Assembly (NCBI GenBank): GCA_964291625.2 | Contig: OZ220089.1 | Span: forward strand, 2,080,001 to 2,144,000 | Origin: Candidatus Latescibacterota bacterium | Lineage (GTDB): Bacteria > Latescibacterota > UBA2968 > UBA8231 | DNA: 64,000 bases | Reading direction: 5' to 3' | In this document: piece after piece, positions 27,902-37,425 of the stretch | Layout of the letters: the number at the start of each line of letters is the position of its first letter | How positions within the stretch are numbered: the first letter of the stretch is position 1 | Translations under genes and position numbers: made by a program | Notes under the pieces: model-generated | What the model saw: only the letters and a program-made list of their open reading frames with translations | Database searches by the model: none | Told to the model about the DNA's origin: nothing

Positions 27902-28729
27902 ATGCAGCTTGGCAGGAGGGTAGCGCGTCGCTTTGCCGAGACGATGTTGTTCTGGCGAGGCCACCTTCAAGCAAGGGATGTCTGGGAGTTTCTGGGCGTC
28001 TCCGAGCGCACGGCACGCAGCCTGATTTCGGAGTGGCGCAAAGCCGGCATCCTTCCGCGTTACCGGGCGGCCTTTGGGCGGCGCCTGTTGCCGGCGGAAG
28101 AGTTCGTCCCCGGACCTGACGTGATCGATCCCAGAGTCGCCTTGTCCTTGCTTCTGTTGGCAGACCGACTGCCCGGGAACCCGTTTGCGGCCGTTGCACC
28201 TCCCGGAGGTGGCCACGATCTCGCGATCTCGGCTCTGACTTCCACCAAGGCCGCTCGGGCAGTATTGGCCGCCTGTCTCGACCGTCGAGCCGTCACCGTC
28301 ATCTACGCTGCAAAGACCGGACGGCAGGAGTTCGCCTTCAGCCCCTCGGCTGTCGTGCGCTCCCGGGGGCGGTACCACCTGCGGGGCTACAGGGCGGATG
28401 GAAGCGATGCCCTCGGGAATCGACTGGACGATCGCTACGTCGACATGGTGCCCAACCGTTCAATCGAAGCCTGGCCGACCCCAAGTGGCCACTTCGTCGG
28501 TCTGGACAACGACGACGAGTGGCATGCCTTCGAGAGACGGACCTTCTTCTTCTCCGCCGAGTTGTCCGACGAGGAGCGTCTCTGCTACGAGCACGAGTAC
28601 GGCATCGCAGATCTGGGCAAGCTTGTGATCAGGGAACGGCAAGCGCTGATGCCCTACGTAATGCAGGAACTCTCTGAGCGCCGTTGCTGGCGCCAGGACG
28701 GCACGCAGGTGCCGATCTGGGCGCTCTAG
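27902..28729 (+). CDS. WYL-domain transcriptional regulator (CapW/BrxR-like)
   Basis: N-terminal wHTH LFWRG.L...DV.EFLGVSERTA; Y.AK..RQE..FSPSAVV...GRYHLRGY; C-terminal ELSDEER...EHEYG...L.I.ERQAL..YV. Confidence 0.85.
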   Translation: MQLGRRVARRFAETMLFWRGHLQARDVWEFLGVSERTARSLISEWRKAGILPRYRAAFGRRLLPAEEFVPGPDVIDPRVALSLLLLADRLPGNPFAAVAPPGGGHDLAISALTSTKAARAVLAACLDRRAVTVIYAAKTGRQEFAFSPSAVVRSRGRYHLRGYRADGSDALGNRLDDRYVDMVPNRSIEAWPTPSGHFVGLDNDDEWHAFERRTFFFSAELSDEERLCYEHEYGIADLGKLVIRERQALMPYVMQELSERRCWRQDGTQVPIWAL

Positions 28730-29934
28730 GTCTGGCTTGGCATCCCCCCTTGCAGCCGCGGCCCCAGCACCCGGCACATGGGCAGCACGGGGACCACGAA
28801 GGCGGCGATCGCCGCCAGGGCCGTGGCCACTCCCCACAGGTCGCTGACCACGCCGAAGACCAGGGGGGAGACGGCGCCGGCGCCGATCCCCAGGGTGTAG
28901 AACAACCCGTAGGCCCGCGCCTGGCGGTCGCCTTCGACGAAGTCTCCGACCGTCCCGTAGAGGACGGAGGAGGTGCCGTTGAGGGCCACCCCGGCCAGGG
29001 GCAGGACCACCAGCGTCATGTCCAGGGGAAGGAGGATGACGGCCGCGATCAGCGCCGTGGTGGCGGTCTCGGTGAGGACCACCGTCCGCAGGATGCCGGC
29101 GCGCTCGGCCACGTGGCCGCAGACCAGCTTGCCGGCGGCCCCTCCGGCGAAGACCAGCGCCAGCGCCTGGCCGACCGTCGCGATCGAGGCACCCTTCTCC
29201 ACCAGCAGGAAGGGCAGGAAAGTGAGGAAGGAGAGGCGGGCGCCGCTGTCGATCATGCCGATGACGGAGAGGAAGGCGAAGCCGCGCCGGTCGGTGATGC
29301 CCCATCCCTTCTCGGCCTCTTCCCGCGCCCGGGGCTCCGCTTCCCTGGGCGAGGCGGTCCGCCCCGGAAGCAGCGCCCCCAGGGCCAGGGCGCCGCAGAG
29401 GGCGAAGATCCCGTACGCCGCCGCGCTCGCGGGCCACCCGTACGCCGCCGCCCCCGCCGCCACCGCCGCCGGCGCCACCACCTTGCCGAGGTCCCCGGTG
29501 AAGTTGTAGGTGCCCAGCGCCGCCCGCCGCTCCGACGCCGGGTAGGCCCTCGAGATGATGGCCGAGACCAGGGGGTGCTGGGTGCCGCAGCCCGTTCCCG
29601 CCACGACCAGGAAGGCGGCCAGGCTCAGGAAGCCGCCCGCCCACCCCAGGAGCACGTAGGCGACCCCGGCCAGCACGGTGCCGACGACGAGCACGGCCCG
29701 CTCTCCGTAGCGCTCGGCGACGAGGCCGGCCGGCACCTGGGTCGCCGCCAGAAAGCCCGACATGACCAGCTTGAGGGCCCCCACCTCGGTGTGGGTCAGG
29801 GCGAACGCCGCCGCCCACATGGGCAGCAGCACGTAGATGCAGTCGGTGAACCCGTCGTGAATGGCGTGGGCGAATCCGCCGGTGGCCAGGACCTTGCGGC
29901 GGACCCGCGCCGGACTCTCGGGACCCGGACTCAT
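28726..29934 (-). CDS. MFS transporter (Fsr-like)
   Basis: ~12 hydrophobic segments; HAIHDG, GLVAERYG, QHP. Confidence 0.85.
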   Translation of the reverse strand: MSPGPESPARVRRKVLATGGFAHAIHDGFTDCIYVLLPMWAAAFALTHTEVGALKLVMSGFLAATQVPAGLVAERYGERAVLVVGTVLAGVAYVLLGWAGGFLSLAAFLVVAGTGCGTQHPLVSAIISRAYPASERRAALGTYNFTGDLGKVVAPAAVAAGAAAYGWPASAAAYGIFALCGALALGALLPGRTASPREAEPRAREEAEKGWGITDRRGFAFLSVIGMIDSGARLSFLTFLPFLLVEKGASIATVGQALALVFAGGAAGKLVCGHVAERAGILRTVVLTETATTALIAAVILLPLDMTLVVLPLAGVALNGTSSVLYGTVGDFVEGDRQARAYGLFYTLGIGAGAVSPLVFGVVSDLWGVATALAAIAAFVVPVLPMCRVLGPRLQGGMPSQT

Positions 29935-31172
29935 GGCGCCGCCCTGTCCGGCCTCATCCCGAACCAGGCCGCCATGACCAGCCCGCTCGCCGTCCGCGAG
30001 AGACCGGCCAGCCCGAAGACCAGGAGGTAGCCGTGCTCGAGGATGAGGACGCCGCCGGCCAGGCTGCCGAGGAAGGCCAGCAGCTGGAAGCCGCAGACGC
30101 GGATGGACTGGACCCTCGCCCAGTAGCGCCGCGGCAGCACCTGGGTGGTGAAGTGCTGGTCGGCGGGGATGTCGATGACCTCACCGGCGCGGGCCAGCAG
30201 GAACATGGGGAGCGCCACCGGCAGGCTCACGAAGGCGCCCATGATTCCCACCGCTCCGCCCGAGGCGGCCCGGCTGGCCAGGATCGTCAGGGTGGCGCCG
30301 AAGCGGCGCACCAGGGCCGGCACGCTGAAGGTGAAGGGCAGGCCCACGAGGTGGCTGAGGAAGAACACGGCGCCGATCGCCGCCGGACCGATGTGCAGCT
30401 CCTCCTCGAAGAAGACGTTGAAGAAGGGGTAGGTGAGCCCCATGGAGAAGCCGCGCATGCCGGCGGTGACGGCGACGACGGCGAAGACGCCCCTCGGCCG
30501 GCGGGGGTCCTCCCCCTCGTCCGGGCCCCGTTCCTGCACCGGCGCCGCCTGCGGCTGCCTGCGAATGCGCAGCAGGGGCACCACCGAGATCAGGGAGCAG
30601 GCGGCCCCGAGGAGCAGGGCATAGCGGAACGGCTCCGGCACCTCGGTGGAGGTCCCGAGGAACCAGGCCATCGCTCCGGGGAGGAAGCCGCCCACGAGGC
30701 TCAGGAGCATGCGCACCACGATCTGCACCGCGGACCAGACGACGATCGCCTCGGCGCGCCGGGAGGGTTGGGCGTTGTCGGAGAGGAAGGGCACGTGGTT
30801 GACCCAGATGAAGGCGTTGGCCACGCCGCCGACGAAGGAGAAGGCCAGCAGGGCGATGGAGGCCGTGGACAGGCAGAGGCCGATCTGGGACAGAGCCAGG
30901 AGCAGACCCGAGGCGATCAGGAAGGGGCGCCGCCCAAGGCGGTCGCTGAGGACCCCCGTGGGCAGGGCCAGCAGGGCCGTGGCCAGGGGCGCCATGCCCG
31001 CCACCTGGCCGATGAAGTCCTCCTGGTAGCTCAGGCGCAGCAGGTAGAGGTTGTAGAGCAGCCAGTAGAGGGTCATCCCGGCGTTGATGGACAACCCGTA
31101 GAGGTAGAAGGACCGGACATTGCGGTTGAAGCTGCGCGGCCGGAAGCCGCGCACCGCGGCGACGACGCTCAT
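29931..31172 (-). CDS. MFS transporter
   Basis: Motif A GVLSDRLGRR; multiple TM segments. Confidence 0.85.
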   Translation of the reverse strand: MSVVAAVRGFRPRSFNRNVRSFYLYGLSINAGMTLYWLLYNLYLLRLSYQEDFIGQVAGMAPLATALLALPTGVLSDRLGRRPFLIASGLLLALSQIGLCLSTASIALLAFSFVGGVANAFIWVNHVPFLSDNAQPSRRAEAIVVWSAVQIVVRMLLSLVGGFLPGAMAWFLGTSTEVPEPFRYALLLGAACSLISVVPLLRIRRQPQAAPVQERGPDEGEDPRRPRGVFAVVAVTAGMRGFSMGLTYPFFNVFFEEELHIGPAAIGAVFFLSHLVGLPFTFSVPALVRRFGATLTILASRAASGGAVGIMGAFVSLPVALPMFLLARAGEVIDIPADQHFTTQVLPRRYWARVQSIRVCGFQLLAFLGSLAGGVLILEHGYLLVFGLAGLSRTASGLVMAAWFGMRPDRAAP

Positions 31173-31324
31173 CGGCGGTCACCGGCCCCGGGCCGCGGCG
31201 CGGACTTCCCGGCGCCTGGCGGTGCAGGCCCCCCGGGGCCGGGTCACGGGGAGGCGCCAGGGCCCAAGGCGGCGGCCCTCGATCCATCGGCGAAGGAATC
31301 CACGCGAGACCGCTGCCCGGGCCC

Positions 31325-32476
31325 TCAGGGGGATGCCCGGCGCCGCAGCAGGTAGTCGGCCACGAGGCGCGCCGCCAGGGCGTGTCCCTCCGGCGTCCAG
31401 TGGCTCTCCTCGTAGTAGAGGCGCCGGTGCCCGGCATGCTTCCGGAACGCCGGGGACAGGTCCAGCAGCGGGATGCCGTCCCGGGCCGCCTCCTCCGCCA
31501 GGCGGCGGTTGGGCTTGTCCAGGTCGAACTCGCCGATCAGTCCGAAGAGGTCCCGCTTCATCCGCCAGTTCTCCTCCTCCACCTGCACGATCGCCGGCGC
31601 GTACACCAGGATCAGCTCGGCCCCGGCCCGCGAGGCGCTCTCCCGGAAGGCCCGCAGGATCTCCCCCGTGAGCCGCCAGTAACGCTCGGCCGTCGGATCG
31701 TCCTCCACCCCGTACAGGACCTCGTAGAAGCGCTGCCGGGACCCTTCGGGCACCCCCGCGCCGGACATGGCCTTGCGGAGCGCGGCGTACACGTGGAGAC
31801 GCTCCCTGAGGTACTTGTCCAGCCGGTGCTCCCACGGCCAGGCGCTCGATCCGTCCCAGAAGCGGCTCCTCTTCACGGGCACGCCGAGGAGGCGCAGCCG
31901 GCCCCGCGGGTCGACGCGGAAGTACGGCTTGTATCCGCGCTCCGAGCCGATCCCCCTGTCGCTGGCGTTGTTGATCAGGTCGTTGGCGTAGAAGAACAGG
32001 AGCACCTGATCGGGCCGGTAGCGCTTGCCCGACTGCTCGAAGAGGAGCAGCTCCTGGTCGGTGCCGTACCCCGCCACGCCGAAGTTGATCGCCTCCACCG
32101 GGGCGGCGGCCGCCTCGGACTGCAGCCGGGCCTCCAGCCGGCTGCTCACCGCGTCCTCCGACGGCACCCCCCAGCCCTCGACGAAGGAGTCGCCGAAGAG
32201 CAGGAGCCGCCAACCGCCGGACGGCCTGTCCAGCGGATACTCCCGGTCCCGGAGCCCGTCGGCGTTGATGCGCATCTCCACCTCGAACTCCGGCCGCCGC
32301 ATCCACCCCGAGGCGCCGGGGATGTGGTGCCATCCCAGCCGGTCGTCGAAGCGCCACAGGGAGGGCTGGCGGGAGAGCTGCGGCTTCCACCAGCCGAGCA
32401 GCCCTTCGCTCAGCAGCAGGCCGGCCGCCAGGCCGCCGATCGCCAGCAGGACCTTCGAGCCCCGCACCCCCTTCAC
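31325..32476 (-). CDS. SGNH/GDSL hydrolase family protein with N-terminal membrane anchor
   Basis: FGDSF, NFGVAGYG, YAND, ESHWTPEGH. Confidence 0.85.
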   Translation of the reverse strand: MKGVRGSKVLLAIGGLAAGLLLSEGLLGWWKPQLSRQPSLWRFDDRLGWHHIPGASGWMRRPEFEVEMRINADGLRDREYPLDRPSGGWRLLLFGDSFVEGWGVPSEDAVSSRLEARLQSEAAAAPVEAINFGVAGYGTDQELLLFEQSGKRYRPDQVLLFFYANDLINNASDRGIGSERGYKPYFRVDPRGRLRLLGVPVKRSRFWDGSSAWPWEHRLDKYLRERLHVYAALRKAMSGAGVPEGSRQRFYEVLYGVEDDPTAERYWRLTGEILRAFRESASRAGAELILVYAPAIVQVEEENWRMKRDLFGLIGEFDLDKPNRRLAEEAARDGIPLLDLSPAFRKHAGHRRLYYEESHWTPEGHALAARLVADYLLRRRASP

Positions 32477-32488
32477 GCGCCCGTGCCC

Positions 32489-33614
32489 CTATTGCAGGGC
32501 GAATTCCACGGGGTCCAGGCCTGCCACCTCGACCGTCAGGGAGTTGCGGTTGGGAGGGACATCGAACAGCAGCAGGAGCCAGGTCTTCTCGCCGGCGTCG
32601 AGGCGCAGTTCCAGCGCCCCCGCAAGCTCCGGGGCGGCCAGCGAGGCCCCTTGTGCCGGCGTGCCGGGTATCTTGAAGGCCCGCAGCTCCACCGGCCGCT
32701 CCAGCGTCCGCCGTCCATCGGCGAGCAGGGCGCTCGACCCCGTGGCCAGCGTTTCCTCGAAGGTGATGCTCCGGCTCTCGGACGCCCCGTTCTCGAGGAA
32801 GACGATCACCTCGCGCCAGGCCCCGGACGGCGGCGCCGGCGCCTCGCCCTCGCCGTAGGAGACGGCGGCGGGAGGGCTACCCGCGAAGGACCAGCCTCCA
32901 CCGGACCCGGCCGGCGCAGCGCCGTCGTAGTGCGTCCACGAACGCGATTCGCCGGCGGCGGCACGGATGCCGGGAGTACCCCGCAGCCGCGCCTCGTCGG
33001 CGTACTGGCCCTCCGGGAACCGCTCCAGAAAGGCCTGGTAGGCCTCCGGCGTGCCCGCCGCGCGCGCCTTCTGGTAGAGCAGCCGCTCGAGGAGGGAGCG
33101 GGCGTGGTCGGCCGCCGCCCCCTCGGGATTGAGCTCCAGGAAGGCCTCGAAGTCGGCGGGCTCGCGGCTGCGGGCGAGCCCGGCCAGCAGGAAGGGGGCG
33201 ATGCGCTCCCCGGCGTCGTCGGCGAAACGGCCCTCGGGGTACTTCTCCAGGTAGCGCTCGTAGGAACCCTGGGTGTTCTGCCTCTGGGCCTGGACCCAGT
33301 GCATCATCTCCACCGTTCGGGTGGCCTCGTCGGCGTGCTGGCCGTCCGGATGGAGCTCCAGGAATCCGGTGAAGGCGTCGAGGGTGTTCTCCTTCTGGGC
33401 CTGCTTGAAGCGCAGGGTCTCCAGCGCCTCGCGGGCGTCGGCTGCGAACTCGGCCCTCGGGATAGCGTTCCAGGAACTCCTCGTAGCCCTCGGCGCTGCG
33501 CTTCATCCGGGCGTCCTGCCACTCCCTCTCCTCCGGATCGGACCGCACGCCGGTCAGCAGCATCAACGCCAGCAGGGGCCACCCCCTCGACCCGGGGATC
33601 TTCGACATCGTCAT
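32489..33614 (-). CDS. Secreted protein with five ~37-aa helical repeats; +1 frameshift near 33452
   Basis: Repeats (Y/F)..(F/Y)LE.(Y/H/N/F)P(E/D)G..A..A; frame restored by removing one C in GGC C GAG TTC. Confidence 0.65.
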
Positions 33615-33781
33615 CTCGCGCTCCTCGCCTTGCCTTCGGGTCCTGGTACGTGGGATCCTTCCTGACCGCCGCGGGCAAAGGATAGGCCGGGGCGGCTCGA
33701 TGGACGAACCGGCCGCCCCCCCTGATGGCGGACGCCAGGACGACGGCCGCCTTCGGCGTGATCTTCCGCCCCGAGGAGCGG

Positions 33782-34351
33782 CTACCCGCCCATGGCCGGC
33801 CACAGCCACGCGAAGACCGCGGCGGTCGCCAGCGCATACAGCAGGGCGTCGAAGAGCTGCTTGACCTGCATGGACCACGGCAGGCCGAACCACACCGACT
33901 CCAGGACGCGTCCCCAGCCGTAGAGCAGCCAGGCCACGGTGCCGGCCAGGCGGAAGACCGCCATCGACTCCGCCCCGGGCCCGAGGGCGCGGCCGGCCAC
34001 GTAGGCCACGGCGACCCCGGCCACCAGGAAGTAGACGAAGGTGGTCACCATCTGGCGGGCCATGGCCGGGTCTCCGTTGGGCAGCACCGTCATGAACGCC
34101 ACCGGGCCCTCGGCGAACTTGCGCTGGTTCTCCGGCTCCTTCAGCGCCGCCCGGGAGGCGATGTTGGGGATGTTGTAGAGTCCGGGGGTCAGGCCCTGCG
34201 GCTGCAGGGCCCCGCGGGCGGCCTCCTCGTCGGGCAGGCCTCGATAGTCGGACTTGTGGTGGGGCAGGGCCATCCAGACGACGGCGCTGACGATCCACAC
34301 CAGGGCTCCCGACACCACGATCGGAAGCCACAGCTCGGGCAGGGTTGTCAC
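33782..34351 (-). CDS. Hypothetical membrane protein (4 TM)
   Basis: GGAGG SD, GTG start; four hydrophobic segments. Confidence 0.65.
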   Translation of the reverse strand: MTTLPELWLPIVVSGALVWIVSAVVWMALPHHKSDYRGLPDEEAARGALQPQGLTPGLYNIPNIASRAALKEPENQRKFAEGPVAFMTVLPNGDPAMARQMVTTFVYFLVAGVAVAYVAGRALGPGAESMAVFRLAGTVAWLLYGWGRVLESVWFGLPWSMQVKQLFDALLYALATAAVFAWLWPAMGG

Positions 34352-34355
34352 GGGA

Positions 34356-35266
34356 TCATCCTCCGTTGGTGAGTGGGGGTGAAGCGGGTCCGTCGAGCGG
34401 CTCCAGTCCGAGGGCTCGCACCGCCCAGGGCAGGGCGGTACGCAGCTGCCGGAGCTGCACCTCGCGCACCCGCGGCGCCGTGGGGATCACCGGGCTGGCC
34501 GGCCCTCTCGGCGAAGTAACCGCTGATCACGGCGGCCAGGGGCTCCCGCGCCGTGCAGGATCTCCTCGGGCCGCGGTCCTCCCTCGGCATGCAGGCTCGG
34601 CGCCCAGCCGGCGATATCCAGGTCGGGGTGGGCGACCACGGCGTGGTTCCAGTCCACCAGGACCGCCCGGCCGCCGCGGAAGCAGAGGTTGTCGCTGCGC
34701 ACGTCCAGGTGGGCCGGGCAGGGTCCGTCGATCTGCGCCTCGTCCTCGGCCGCCGCCAGCATCGGGGCGTTGTCGCCGAGCCAGCGTTCAGTGACCAGTC
34801 CCAGGGACAGGAACGGTTCCGGCTCCGCGGCCACCCGGCGCCAGCCGCCGGTCAGCTCCCGGGCGAACTCGCCCACCGGCGGCAGGGCGCCGCCGGCATC
34901 GGCGGCCCGCAGCTCCTCGAGGGCGTCGAGCACCTGGCCCACCATGCAGCCGTCCCAGGGGGGCGGCCAGGAGCAGCGGCTCAGGTCCTCCAGGAGCAGC
35001 AGCGGCCGCTCGCCGTCGTCCCACCCCCGCAGCCGCGGCATGAAGTCCCCGGCGAGGGCTGTGTAGGCCCGGTGCTCGTCGCGCAGCCACCCTGCCGTCC
35101 TCGAATCGACGCCGATCTTGGCGAATACCGTGTCGCCGCCTTCCAGCGCCACCACCCAGCGCTCGGCCGGCGTATAGCCGCCGGCGGCCCTGCGGAAGCC
35201 GGTGGGACGCCGGCCGGTGAGGTCGCCGATGCGGACGCTGTCCTCGCTCCGCGGCCCCTCGCTCAC
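34356..35266 (-). CDS. Aminoglycoside phosphotransferase/kinase-like protein; two +1 frameshifts near 34546 and 34493
   Basis: VFAK, LLLEDL, HLDVRSDN (Brenner-like), LVDW; C-terminus rebuilt across frames to LAAVISGYFAERA..VREVQLRQLRTALPWA. Confidence 0.65.
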
Positions 35267-36270
35267 GGGTTCCACACCCGCTCGAAGAGACGCAGCCAGT
35301 TGCCCCCCAGCAGCTTGCCGATCTCCTCGGCGCCGTAGCCCCGGGCGGCCAGGGCCTCCGCCAGGTTGGGGAACTCCGCCGGGGTCTCCATCCCCTTCGG
35401 CTGAAAGCTCAGCTCCGTGTACGGCACCGACCCGTCGGCAAAGGTCGAGGGGAACTTCGTGCCCTGCTGCGACACGATGTAATGCCAGAACTCGAGCGGC
35501 TGGTCGTGGGTGGAGTCGGTGCCGAAGGCGACGTGGTCGATGCCGATGCGCTCCACCATGTCGTCGATGGCGTCGACGAAGTCCTCCAGGGTCGAGTCGA
35601 ATCCCCTGGGAAGGAAGTTGGCGAAGGAGGTGGCGCCGACGACGCCCCCCTTCTCGGCGAGGGCCACGAGGGCCTCCTCCTCCTTGTTGCGCGGGTGGCC
35701 GCAGTGGCTGCGGGCGTTGGCGTGGGTGATGGCCACCGGCTGCTCGGAGGTCTCGATCGCCTCCAGGGTCGTCCTCGGCCCGACGTGGGAGAGGTCGATG
35801 AGGATGCCGAGCTGGTTCATCTCGCGCACCGCGTCGACGCCGAAGTTGCTCAGCCCCGCGTCGTTGCGCTCCCAGCAGCCGCTGCCGAGGAGGTTGGTCT
35901 CGTGGTAGGTGAGCTGGATCACGCGCACCCCGAGGGCGAGGAACAGCCCCAGGCGGTCGAGCTCGTTCTCGATGGGCGAGGCGTTCTGGAAGCCGAGGAT
36001 GATCCCCGTCTTTCCGAGCCTCCGGGCGGCGTGGATGTCGGCCGTCTCCTTCACCTGCAGGATGTCGTCCCGCTCCCGGAAGCGCCGCATCCACGCCGCG
36101 AGGTGGGCCATGGTCTGGGTGAAGTTCTCCCACGTGGCCACGGTGGCGTTGATGGCGGTCACGTCGCCGGCCCGCAGCCCCTCGAACACGGCGTCGCTTT
36201 CCCAGTTGCTGACGTTCAGGCCGTCGATCACCACCGACTCGTCGTAGATCCTCCTCGCTTCGCTCGACAT
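35263..36270 (-). CDS. Membrane dipeptidase (peptidase M19) family
   Basis: IDGLN, GVRVIQLTY, IDLSHVG, ITHAN..HPRNK, GIDHVAFGTD, LGGNWLRLF. Confidence 0.88.
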   Translation of the reverse strand: MSSEARRIYDESVVIDGLNVSNWESDAVFEGLRAGDVTAINATVATWENFTQTMAHLAAWMRRFRERDDILQVKETADIHAARRLGKTGIILGFQNASPIENELDRLGLFLALGVRVIQLTYHETNLLGSGCWERNDAGLSNFGVDAVREMNQLGILIDLSHVGPRTTLEAIETSEQPVAITHANARSHCGHPRNKEEEALVALAEKGGVVGATSFANFLPRGFDSTLEDFVDAIDDMVERIGIDHVAFGTDSTHDQPLEFWHYIVSQQGTKFPSTFADGSVPYTELSFQPKGMETPAEFPNLAEALAARGYGAEEIGKLLGGNWLRLFERVWNP

Positions 36271-37412
36271 CACGGCGCTCCCTTCTCGAAACGTCTCCCG
36301 ATTCTGAACAGATCCCCGAGGTGGTTCTCCCGGTCCTCGAGGGCGTCGGCGATCACCGGGCCGATCGCTCCCCCGAACTTGAAGCCGTGGCCGCAGCCGC
36401 AGCCGGCGATCAGCACCCTCTGGCACCCGGGGGCCCAGTCGATGACGAACTCCTCGTCCCGCATGTCGACCATGTTGGTGTAGAGGCAGGACCGTCCGCC
36501 CACGAGCTCGGCGCGGGCCAGGGCGGGAATGCGCTCCGCCACGAACTCCCGCGCCCAGTCCAGGAAGGCCCGCGTCGGCTCCCGCGAGACATCGACGGCG
36601 GCGTCATCCACCTTGCTGTCCTCGGCCACCTTCACGAACCCCTCGGGCAGCCGCGGGAAGCCGTACCAGAGGTTGCCGGGGGACAGGATCGACCACACGG
36701 GGAAACGGCCGCCCTCGAAAGGGGCCGGGTCCGCCGGCACGAAGAAGGCCATCTGCTGCCGGGTGATGCGCACCCGCGGCTTCATCGCCGGCAGCAGCTC
36801 CCCGACCCAGGGTCCGGCCGCCACGACCGCGCGGTCCCAGTCCCGTGACTCCGAGGCCCATGTCACCTTGGCGCCGGAAGCGGTCTCCTCGAGGGCGGTC
36901 ACCTGGGTGTTCTCGAGAATCGCCACCCCCGCCTCCCGGGCCAGCCCCGCCAGGTCGGCCAGGGCCTGGCCGCTGCGCAGGTACCCCGCCCAGGGATCGT
37001 GGAACAGCCGGTCCTCGGCGCTCACGGCGAACTGGGGGAACCGCCGGTTCACCTCCTCCACCGTCAGCTCGGTCACGTCCTTGCCGAGGCGGCTCAGGGT
37101 CTCCCAGCCGGCCAGGGCCTCGTGGTCCGGTCCGAAGCCGCGCACGGCGATCAGCTTGCCCGTCCGGAAGTAGATCGAGCGGCTGGTGCGCTCGTGCCAC
37201 TCCCGCCACTGGACCGCCGCCCGCGTCACCAGCTCGACGTAGATCTCGTTCGGGTACATGGTGCGCCGGATCACCTTGGAGACATCGGTGCTCGACGCCT
37301 CCGGGTTGGGGATCTCGCCGCGCTCGACCAGGGTCACCTCGTGGCCGCGCCGGCGCAGCTCCAGGGCGGCGGCCATGCCGAAGATCCCGGCGCCGACGAT
37401 GCAGACATTCAT
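36270..37412 (-). CDS. FAD-dependent oxidoreductase (monomeric sarcosine/fructosyl-amino acid oxidase-like)
   Basis: IVGAGIFG, ASSTDVSKVIR, SCLYT, FVID, GCGHGFKF. Confidence 0.85.
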   Translation of the reverse strand: MNVCIVGAGIFGMAAALELRRRGHEVTLVERGEIPNPEASSTDVSKVIRRTMYPNEIYVELVTRAAVQWREWHERTSRSIYFRTGKLIAVRGFGPDHEALAGWETLSRLGKDVTELTVEEVNRRFPQFAVSAEDRLFHDPWAGYLRSGQALADLAGLAREAGVAILENTQVTALEETASGAKVTWASESRDWDRAVVAAGPWVGELLPAMKPRVRITRQQMAFFVPADPAPFEGGRFPVWSILSPGNLWYGFPRLPEGFVKVAEDSKVDDAAVDVSREPTRAFLDWAREFVAERIPALARAELVGGRSCLYTNMVDMRDEEFVIDWAPGCQRVLIAGCGCGHGFKFGGAIGPVIADALEDRENHLGDLFRIGRRFEKGAP

Positions 37413-37425
37413 GATGGCAGACCTT

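Noticed and set aside
14527-28800. CRISPR-associated transposon or prophage context
   Set aside because: No tnsABC/tniQ, integrase, terminal repeats or phage genes recognised in the window
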